Origin: Chiloscyllium plagiosum | Lineage: Eukaryota | DNA: 64,000 bases | Direction of reading: 5' to 3' | Assembly: GCF_004010195.1 (NCBI RefSeq) | Contig: NC_057721.1 | Location: 44,513,040-44,577,039, forward strand | Shown here: one piece after another, positions 41,801 to 52,200 of the stretch | How positions within the stretch are numbered: the stretch's first letter is position 1 | Layout: each line of letters begins with the position of its first letter | The notes under the pieces: model-generated | Seen by the model: the letters and a program-made list of their open reading frames with translations, nothing else | Database searches by the model: none | What the model was told of the DNA's origin: nothing | Translations under genes and position numbers: made by a program

Positions 41801-42767
41801 GCAGCAAAGCAAGAAGGAATTACCAAGTATGTGGTTTATAAGAAAACTTTATTTTTAAAACAGTTCCAATATCCACAATGAGCTGTCGATGACCTCTTTT
41901 ATGTAAACCACAATCCTTCAAAAGGTAAGGCATCCAAGCAGAATTAATTATAAACTATCCTTGTAACACTGTTGATTGCTCTGTTACATGGATTAAATCA
42001 CTGTAACTCTTTAGCAGTCTCTGAGAGGAGCATACAGATGAGGTAGAGGAGAAAGTTGTCTTGTCTAGAGGTAAATTATCTCAAGTGCAGATTTTTGTGA
42101 AGAGCTTGCTCCAGCTGCAGAAGATGTCTTGGATTTTACAACAATAATGATGGCAAATCTGTCAGCAGTCATCACCAATACTCCTCTGAAACTGACAGTG
42201 ATTTCCGGAGTCTGCACATTTGTAATTGAACACAGAACTCCGAAAGTTGCTGTCAGTGATTCTTTATTTTGCCAAACATGTCTTGTTAAAGTATCGCTGG
42301 ACGGCAAACAATTAAAGATAGCAGCACTGATGAGAGCTTGCCTTTTTTATGCTATGAGTTTTGCAGTAAGTCATTGAAACGTTGCATCATACTGAACAAG
42401 GTCTAACTAGGGTTTTGCTGACATGCTAGATTTATCATTGCTGTTAACCAACCTTTCTCGGACCAGAAAACTGATGTAGTGTTTGTGTAAAGCCAAATTT
42501 CTTCATTGAAATATGAAACAAAATCATATTTTGATTTTTTTTTTAGGAGTTTGTTTGTGATCATTCAGATTTTGCCTTAATCCCACATGTATGGCTCAGT
42601 TATGTTTTGCTTTCTTTGAAACATAATCTGCATTTTGCTTCTGAGTTTGCTGTCTATGAGAATACTTCAGTGCAACTGACCGATGACTCTGCTTGTTGAG
42701 ATTACAATTGTTGGACACCTGGAGATTCACTTGACCAGGCAGCAGATTTAAATTAACAACAAGAAAA

Positions 42768-43083
42768 TCATAGAGTCATAGCGATGTACAGCATGGAAAC
42801 AGACCCTTCGGTCCAACCCGTCCATGCTGACCAGATATCCCAACCCAATCTAGTCCCACCTGCCAGCACCCGACCAATATCCCTCCAAACCCTTCCTATT
42901 CATATACCCATCCAAATGCCTTTTAAATGTTGCAATTGTACCAGCCTCCACCACTTCCTCTGGCAGCTCATTCCATACACGTACCATGCTCTGCGTGAAT
43001 AAGTTGCCCCTTAGGTCCCTTTTATATCTTTCCCCTCTCATCCTAAACCTAAGCCCTCTAGTTCTGGGCTCCCCCTCCCCAGT
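42768..43083 (-). mobile_element. CR1 3' end
   Basis: tcatagagtcatag tail; RVWNELPEEVVEAGTIATFKRHLD. Confidence 0.85.
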
Positions 43084-43228
43084 GTTGTCACTTCACCATT
43101 GACTACGAAATGCAGACTATTATGGTTGTTCAAATGTTTAAGAGAAAAAAATGGAAAATATTTTAGAAATGAGTTTTTATTTTGTATTCATGACTGTTCT
43201 GTATGTGACCTGATCTTTCTTCTTACAG

Positions 43229-43636
43229 ATTGTATTTTAAACGTCAATCAAGTAAAAAGAAACATTGTCGTGAAAGAAAATGACAATATTCATTTAAACT
43301 GCCACATCACAAATCAAACAAGACCAGACTCTCAATTCTCTGTGCAATGGTATGTTCAAACATCACTGGAGAAAGCGGACAAGCTGATCCTGAAATCAAA
43401 CCGTGACTCTGTGGTCGAGTACAAGGACTGGTTAGGAAGAGACAAGAAGAAGGAGAGACTGCAGGTTGCAAAACCTTTTGCTGGACATTATACCTTGGTC
43501 TTACTAAAAGCTGACATTAGTGATAGTGGGAAATACTACTGTCATGTGGAGGAATGGCTACTAAGCCCCAACAACATCTGGTACAAAATTGGGGAGGACA
43601 CATCTGGACTGACCACTGTCATTGTCCAACGCCCAG
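43229..43636 (+). CDS. IGSF3: IGSF3 coding exon, Ig domain 6 (408 nt, phase 1-1)
   Basis: tctttcttcttacag acceptor; CCAG|gtattg donor. DCILNV..IHLNCHI..QWYV..KLILK..SDSGKYYCHVEEWLLSPNNIWYK matches recalled IGSF3 D6 (SDSGSYYCHVEEWLLSPNYAWYK). Confidence 0.92.
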
Positions 43637-45224
43637 GTATTGAATCAACTTTGTCTTTGTGAAAAATATTCTGTGCAATGGTGCTAGTTGCCTCATAAGT
43701 AAGAGAGAAGAGAAGGTCTGAGTGCTAGCCATGCATCCCACTTGATAACTGCATTGGCAGAAGCTATGCCCTCTTTGTGGTTAAAGGGTAATATAGAATT
43801 TTTAAAAGAGGTAGAAACGTGAGGACTGAATGAATGTCATGATGCTTTGTAATTTGTGTGTTGGACAATGTCAACCATTTGAGAAATTCAGGACCAAGGA
43901 AGAATAATATTTTACAGATTCTCTTCCTTGACAAAAGTAATCTACCTAATTATATTTTAAAGTTGATTAAAACTTTTCAAGGGATTTTATGCCAGTGTTA
44001 TTTGCAGCACAAGTGCATGAGCAACATGCAACATATTCTACACTTGAACCCTGGTGTTAGTTGTCATTTTCATGGCTTTAAACTTGGAGCTAGAACTGAT
44101 GTGAGCAATTTGATTTGTTTGATACTTTACTGGTTGACCCCATACAGTTCCAAAGCTAACAAACAAATACTGACGTCATTGACTTTTATGTGATATAAAA
44201 GGTTCAATTTGAAATAAAGATGCAGGTGCACCTAGCAGAAGGTCCTAGGGAATTTAATCCAGACAATAAGGTGGAGAACTATGTTATCCCGTATTGAGAA
44301 TGCATACTGCAACCTGTGCTACTCAAGTGATAAGCAGGCCAGCAATCGACCACCTTCCCTGGGATCACGGACATTTTTTTCCCCCTGAGAACTGCTGGCC
44401 ATTTAGAGGCCATCAGCTCTCCATATCTGGCAGAGCCACCAGAAGCCAAGTTAGCAGCAAGCGGTACACCCAGCAGAGATCTATGTGGAAAAATTCATTA
44501 CTATTTGACCTACTAGTGAGCTTACCATTGTCATGTGATCTCCACCTCTACTGTTGATTGCTTTCATTTTAGTTTGTGGAAGCCATTAAACATATTATTT
44601 AAAGACATGATGTCAAAAGTGTGTGGTTGAAATTGGGTGAATTTTCTGAGCTGTAAGAGTGCCAGCTCCAATTAAAAGAAAACACAATTGAGAATGATTT
44701 AAACACCACAGTCTGCAACTTTTAGGTGCTGGGTGAAACGCAATGGCTGTTAATTTTCCAACCCCCTCTCCTATGGAAATGATAGCGGAGACAGAATTGG
44801 AAACTTTCTTCACTCACAAAATTATGAAATAGCTAAGAATTAAATAACATAATTGGGCAAATAAGAATTACAACCCTCTTATCAAAACTGAGAAAAAAGT
44901 GCTACAAAGCTGTATTGCACCTGAAATGACACTGAGCAGAAGAGAACTCAGACAGGAGAGGGTTTGAAGGCATACGTCGAACCCTATGTCAATATATTGC
45001 TTCTGAATGGTATGTGTTGTATATGAGAGCTTTGGGAAGGGAGACTGTTGTTCTATATGTGATAGCACTGCCGTATCAAACCAACTTCTGAAAATTTGGA
45101 CAACTCAAAGATGATCTCATCAGAGATAGGATTGTTGTGGGGATAAGAAATCCCATTGTGAAAGCATGTCAAAAAAAAGAGGAGAAACTCATTCTCAAGA
45201 AAGCCCTCGAGATGTGGGTTCATT

Positions 45225-45512
45225 AGTATGTAAATCTAAGATTTATATAAAATGAACCGAAACCTGCAATCCATTCTAAAAGATGAAAGACTTAACGGTA
45301 ATCTAGGTTTGTTCAATATATTGCTTCAATTGCATGACACTGTGATCTTTTGCTATAAATTCTGTGTCTTATGATCCTGCCCCATTAGTTACCTGATGAA
45401 GGGGCAGCGCTCTGAAAGCTAGTACTTTCAAAAAAAACCTATTGGACTATAACCTGGTGTTGTGTGATTTTTAACTTTGTCCACCCCAGTCCAACACTGG
45501 CACCTCCACATC
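45225..45512 (+). mobile_element. Penelope-derived short repeat carrying a hammerhead motif
   Basis: Homologous to 31050-31335; inserted in Gypsy gag. Confidence 0.7.
45390..45424 (+). ncRNA. Minimal type I hammerhead ribozyme motif (PLE-type)
   Basis: tac-CTGATGA-a-ggggc(agc)gctct-GAAA-gcTA-gta: stem I tac/gta, stem II 5 bp (2 GU), palindromic AGCT in place of stem III, UA cleavage site after 45421. Confidence 0.7.
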
Positions 45513-46089
45513 ATAGCTAGAAATAAGCAAAGTAAGCCTATACAGATGGCTTTTGGAGAGATATCAGCCAATTTTTCTGATAAATTGCTCTTCAGCATAA
45601 AACATGTGGGTTTCATCAGATCTAAAGGTAATAAATTGGTTGTTATTAGACTGATGACTTCAGAGGAGAGTATTAATTGAATATAAAATATCAAATAAAC
45701 TGGTACTTTATGCAACAACACGAGTTTTGCAGTCTTGCTAGATTGCGCAAGAAGGTACCATGATACATGAAGCCTTTGAAGGTAAGGTTGAGTCTATGTG
45801 ATGGAACAGTACCCATTCCCAAGAAGATAAATGAAGCTGAAAGCTCAAAGCAGGGAGAAAAATAAAGATTTAGTTAGTGATAGTAAGCAAAATTAATTTA
45901 TCTCAACTAAAGTGATTGGACTGGCTTGGACAGGTTGGACTGAAGGGTCTGTTTCCGTGCTGTACATCTCTATGACTCTATGACTGATAACCTGACAGTT
46001 TCCAAAATTGATTCATAATGTTTTGCTAGCCACTGATCATTGACTGATGAACAAATTCTAGAATATTACAAAGATACAGTTGCTGATCT

Positions 46090-46500
46090 GGAGAGGCTGG
46101 ATAGGCTGGGATCTTTCCCTGGAGCATTGAAAGCTGAGGCATGACTTTAGAGAGGTTTATGAAATCATGAGGGGCATAGATGAGGTGAATAGCCAAGGTC
46201 TTTCACCAGGTCAGGGGAGTCCAAAACTAGAAGGCATAGGTTTAAGATGAAATGGGAATGGGACCTGAGGGGCTTCTTTCTCACACAGAGAATGGTGTGT
46301 ATATGGAATGAGCTGTCAGAGGAAGTGGCTGAGGCAGGTACAATTACAACATTTAAAAGCCAGTTGGTCAGGTACATGGATAGGAAGGGTTAAAGGGAAA
46401 TAGGCCAAACACAGGCAAATGGAATTAGTTCAGTTTAGGAAACCTGGTCAGCATGGTCAAGTTGGGCCGAAGGGACTGCTTCCATGCTGTGTGACTTTAT
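46090..46500 (+). mobile_element. CR1 3' fragment nested in Gypsy pol
   Basis: gagaggctggataggctggg..atggaatgagctg..gttgggccgaaggg. Confidence 0.8.
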
Positions 46501-46762
46501 GGCTTCCTGATGAATGTAATTTCAATGTAAATGAGAATGTAAGACTAACTCGGCATCTGCTGACGAGAGTTCAAGGTGTCTTCAAATGCCTCTTAAAAGA
46601 CACAATAGAAAAGCTACCGATGAAGGGAATATCGAAGAAACCGCTGTGGAATCAATTAGCAGCAGAGTAGCAGCAAGCGAACTTGAAAAGCTGAGAGTAT
46701 GCGGAGATCCAAAGGATCTCAATAAATCTTTGAAGAGATCACACGATGCCAATCATTGAATA

Positions 46763-48548
46763 ATTGGATTGGATAGAGTTGGCATGGGCTTACAAAGGAG
46801 AAGTTGTGCTTGACAAATCTGCTGGAAGTTATTGAAGATATAGCCAGTAAAGTAGGTACAGTAGAGCCAATAGATGTGGTTTATTTGGATTTTCAGAAAA
46901 CTTTTAATAAGGTCCAGTATTAAGAGATTAGCATGCAAAATTAAAACAAATGGGGTTGGAGACTGTATATTGAAATGGACTGAGAACTGTTTGCAGACAG
47001 GAAACAAAGACTAGGAATAAACAGGTCTTTTCTAAGTGCCAGGTGTAGTGGTTGTAATGAGGTCCACCAGGTGGACCACTTCAATATGAGTTCCCTGAAC
47101 GGGGCTGATAGTCTGGCCCAATCAGGGAGACTTGGTTGACAGATAACAGCAGGACTGTCAGGAGTTCTGTTCACTCTGATAATTGGCTACAAGGGAACTA
47201 AATAGTATCAAGGACATCCATGTGGAGTTATTTCAGTGGGCGGTAACTTGTGGGGAACTGCAAGGGATCAGTGCTTAGACCCTAACTAATTATAATATAT
47301 AGTAGTGGCTTAGATTAGATTCCCTACAGTATGGAAACAAGCCCTTCGGCCCAACAAGTTCACACTGACCCTCTGAAGAATAATCCACGCAGACCCATTC
47401 TCCTACCCTATATTTACCCTTGACTAATGCACCTAACACTATGAGCAATTTAGTATGGCAAATTCACCTGACCTACACATCTTTGAGATTGCAGGAGGAA
47501 ACCAGAGCACACCCACACAGACACAGGGAGAATGTGCAAACTCCACAAAGACAGTCGCCCAAGGCGGGAATCAAACCTGGGTCCTTGGCGCTGTGAGGCA
47601 GCAGTGCTAACCACTGAGCCACCGTGCTGATGTCATTTCTCCAAGTTTGCAGATGACACTAAACTGGATGGGAAAGTATGCTGTGAGAAGTATACAAAGA
47701 AACCCTAGTGTGATTTGGCCAAGTGGGCAAATACATGGTAGATTCAGTATAATATGGATAAATGTGAAATTATCTACTTTGATAGTAAAAAAAGAGGGAG
47801 GCAGATTATTATCTGAATGAGGATAGATTGGGAAAGGGGAATGTGCAATGAGACCTTGGTGTCCTTTTATACAAGTCGCTGAAGGTAAGCAAGTGATGAA
47901 GAAGGCAAATGGTATGTTGGCCTTCATAGTGAGAGGATTCAATTACATGAATTGGGATGTCTTATTGCAACTGTACAGGGTTTTGGTAAGACTACACCTG
48001 GAATATGATGTGCGGTTTTGCTCTCCTTATCTGAGGAAGGATTTTCTGGCTATTGTGGGAGAACAAAGAAGATTTGCTAGACTAATTCCTGGGATGGCAG
48101 GACTGATGTATGGGGAAAGACTGAATCGGTTAGGACTATATTCGATAGAGTTCAGATGAATGAGATAAAAATCTATAAAATCTATAAAATTCTAACAGAA
48201 TTAGCCAGGGTAGATACAAGAAAGATGTTCTCAATAACCATTGACTCCAGAACGAAGGGTCATGCTTTAAAGGTATGAGGAAGGCCTTTCAGGCCAAAGA
48301 TAAAGAGACATTTCTTCACCCAGTGATGGTGAGCTTGTTGAATTCTCTGTCAGAGGAAACTGTTGAGGCAAAACATTGTAGAGTTTCAAGAAAGACGTAG
48401 ATACAGTTCTTAGGACTAAGAAAGTCAAAGGATCTGGGGAGAAAGCAGGAACACGATACTGAACTGGATATCAGCCATGATTATATTGAATGGTAGAGCA
48501 GTCTGAAAGGGCTGAATGCCTACTCCTGCTCCAATATGCTGTATTTCT
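46763..48548 (+). mobile_element. CR1 fragment nested in Gypsy RT; itself contains an LTR-like insert (47045-47236) and a V-SINE (47310-47626, - strand)
   Basis: 7-bp TSD ttgaata (46756-46762 / 48549-48555); KKANGMLAFI..LLQLYRVLVRLHLEY. Confidence 0.85.
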
Positions 48549-49229
48549 TTGAATAGACATTACCAGAGCTTGCCCTTGATATAAAAAATAGGTACTGGTA
48601 AGTGAAGTTAAATGAAAGCAAGTGTTTTCCAAAAATTATCCTGGATACCATTCAAGGTTACAGATTGTTGCTTATGCCACTTGGCATTTCCACTGTTCTG
48701 GAAGAGCACCAATGTAGACAGCATAAGGTTGTCAGTAATCTTCCTGCGTTAGAAGACATAATGGATGATCTACTAGTCCGTGTATTTGGAGACAAAATGG
48801 AAGAAGCCATCGCTGACCACAATCAGAATCCAGTGAGAGAGCTCATCAGATGAACCTGAAGCTGAACAAGAATAAGATGCATTCAAAGATTTCATGAAGT
48901 CATGTACATAAGTTGGGTATTCACAGCAAAAGATCTTTGCCTGGATCCTGCCAAGGTGAGAGCTATAGCAGAGATACACCAGCCAACAATTGTGAAAGCA
49001 ATGCAACAACTCATTTTGGAGCAACACATTCGTACAAAGTATACGAGCTGCTGACAGTGCTCGTGGAGCCGCAACTTTTGCTGTTTGCTACTTTCACCTA
49101 AATTGGTGTCAGGACTGGAAGGCAGTCCATGAGCATTCCCAATCCAGACTTCATTGGGACAGAGGCAGGGAGGTGCTGCGATCCACACTAGACACCGCCT
49201 TGCCCAATTAAATGCCCCAGCTCTAGCAT

Positions 49230-52200
49230 CATACAGTCATAGAGATATATAGCATGGAAAAAGAGCCTTTGGTCCAACTTGTCCATGTCAACCTGAAAAC
49301 CTGACCTAATCTAGTCCCATTTGCCAGCATTTGGCCCATATCCCTCTAAATCTTTCCTATTCCTATACCCATCCAGATGCCTTTTAAATGCTGTAATTGT
49401 ACCAGCCTCCACCACTTCCTCTGGCAGCTCATTCCATACACGCACCACCTTCTGCATGAAAAAGTTGCCCCTTAGGTTCCTTTTAAAGCTTTCCCCTCTC
49501 ACCCTAAACCTATGCCCTCTAGTTCTGGACTATTCCACCCCAGGGAAAAAAAACCTTGTCTATTTACCCTATCCATGCCCCTCATGATTTTATAAACCTC
49601 CACAGGGTCCCCCTTCTCAGTCTCCAATGTTCCAGGGAAAACAGGCCCACCTTATTCAGCCTCTCCCTATAGCTCAAACACTGGCAACACTCTTGTAAAT
49701 CTTTTCTGAACCCTTTCAAGTTTCACAACATTGTTCCAATTGGAGGGATACCAGAATTGCACACAATATTCCAAAAGTGGCCTAACCAATTTCCTGTTCA
49801 GCTACAACATGACCTCTCAACTCCAATACTCGATACTCTGACCAATAAACGAAAGCTTACCAAATGCCTTCTTCATTATCCTATCTACCTGCAATCCACT
49901 TTCAAGGAACTATAAACCTGCACTCCACAGTCTCTTTGTTCACTAACCCTCCACAAGACCTTACCATTCAGTGTATAAATCCTGCCCTGATTTGTCTTTC
50001 CAAAATGCAGTACCCCACATTCATCTAAATTAAACTCCATCTGCAACTCCTTGGCTATTGGCCCATCTGATCAAGATTCAATTGCACTCTGAGGTAACCT
50101 TCTTCGCTGTCCACTACACCTCCAATTTTGGTGTCACCTGCAAACTTACTATTATCTCACATATTCACATCTAAATCATGATGAAAAGTAGTGGACCCAG
50201 CACTGATCCTTGTAGCACTCCACTAGTCACAGGCCTCCAGTCTGAAAGGCAACCCTCCACAACCACCCACTGTCTTCCATCTTCAAGCCAGTTTTGTATT
50301 GAAATGGCTAGTTCTCCCTGTATTCCATGTGATCTAACATTGCTCGTCAGTCTACCAGAAGGAACCTTGTCAAAAGCCTTACTGAAGTCCATATAGATCA
50401 CATCTACAGCTCTGCCCTCATCAATCCTCTTTGTTACTTCTTCAAAAATACTCAATCAAGTTAATGAGACATGATTTCCCACGCACAAAGCCATGTTGGT
50501 TATCCCTAATCAGTCCTTGCCTTTCTAAATACATGTAAATCCTGTCCCTCAGGATTCCCTCCAACAACTTGCCCACCACCAATGTCAGGCTCATCGGTCT
50601 ATAGTTATAGAGTCATAGAGATGTGCAGCACGGAAACATATCCTTCGGTCCAACCCGTCCATGCTGACCAGTTATCCCAACCCAATCTTGTCGCACTTGC
50701 CAGCACCCAGCCCATATCCCTCCAAACCCTTCCTATTCATATACCCATCCAAATGCCTTTTAAATGTTGCAATTGTACCAGCCTCCACCACTTTCTCTGG
50801 CAGCTCATTCCATATACGTACCATCTTCTGCATGAAAAGTTGCCCCTTAGGTCTCTTTTATATCTTTCCCCTCTCAATCTAAATCTATGCCCTCTAGTTC
50901 TGGACTCCCTGACCCCAGGGAAAAGAATTTATCTATTTATTCTATCCATGCCCCCTCATAATTTTGTAAACCTCAATAAGGTCACCCCTCAGCCTCCAAC
51001 ACTCCAGAGAAAACAGCCCCAGCCTCTCCCTATAGCTCAGATCCTCCAACCCTGGCAACATCCTTGTAAATCTTTTCTGAACCCTTTCAAGTTTCTCAAC
51101 ATCTTTCCGTTAGGAAGGAGACCAGAATTGCATGCAATATGCCAACAGTGGCCTAACCAATGTCCTGTACAGCTGCAACAAGACCTCCCAACTCCTGTAC
51201 TCAATACTCTGACCAATAAAGGAAAGCATACTAATTGCCTTCTTAACTATCCTATCTACTTGCAACTCCACTTTCAAGGAGCTATGAACCTGCACTCCAC
51301 TGTCTCTTTGTTCAGCAACACTCCCTAGGACCTTACCATTAAGTGTTTAAGTCCTGCTAAGATTTGCTTTCCCAAAATGCAGCACCTCACATTTATCTGA
51401 ATTAAACTCCATCTTTCACTTCTCAGCCCATTGGCCCATCTGGTCAAGATCCTGTTGTAATTGGTCTTCCTCCAATTTAGAACTTCAGCTTTTAGATCTG
51501 GTCTATCCTTTTCCATCACTGTTTCAAAAGTAATAGAATTATGGTCACTGGCCCAAAGTGCTCCCCCACTGACACCTCAGTCACTTGCCCTGCCTTATTT
51601 TCAAACAGTCGGTCAGGTTTTCCACCTTCTCTAGGCACAACCACACACTGAATCAGAAAATGTTCTTGTACGTAACTAATAAATTCTTCTCCATCTAAAC
51701 TCTAAACACTATGGCAATATCCTCCCTAAGTACAGCAGTAATGCTACCCTTTATCAAAAGTGCTACTCCTCCTCATCTCTTGCACCCCCCCCCCTCACCT
51801 TTCTATCCTTCCAATCGCACTTATATTCTGGAACATTAAGCTGCCAGTCCTGTCTATCCCTGAGCCATGTTTCTGTAATTGCGATGATATCCCAGTCCCA
51901 TGTTCCTAACCATATGCTGAGTTCATCTGCCTTCCCTGTTAGGCCTCTGGCATTGAAGTAAATGGACCGTTCCCTCCGTGACTACCTGGTCAGGTCCATG
52001 CCCCCTACGACCCACCCTCCCATCCTGGCAGCCCGCTGTACCAATTCGCTGGAGTGGTCAGTACTTGAAGGATGTTCAGCGCCCGCTCGAGTTTGCCCCC
52101 GATACTGCTGCCGCTGCGCCAAGGTATTCCCTCAATGTTGCATTTTGCATGTTTACCGGGAAAGCCGTTGTCAAACTATTCCTCCGCATCCCCCTCCCCC

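Larger units (their letters stand above)
44282..49050 (+). mobile_element. Decayed Gypsy/Ty3 LTR retrotransposon (5' LTR, PBS, gag, protease, RT) with nested insertions
   Basis: Putative LTR 44282-44607 (TG..ATTAAA..CA) followed by a degenerate tRNA-Leu-type PBS (44608-44625). gag MAVNFPTPSPMEM.. and FGQLKDDLIRDRIVVGI..KKALEM; RT KLRVCGDPKDLNKSLKRS, MPLGIST..EEHQCRQH..IMDDLLV. Confidence 0.85.

Noticed and set aside
42091-42377. Phase-1-compatible open frame after a tgcag as an extra exon
   Set aside because: No pyrimidine tract or Ig motif, no matching-phase donor, and it overlaps a palindromic repeat-like sequence.
50582-51328. 248-aa + strand ORF
   Set aside because: Antisense frame of a - strand CR1 3' fragment; the same pseudo-peptide recurs at 42784.
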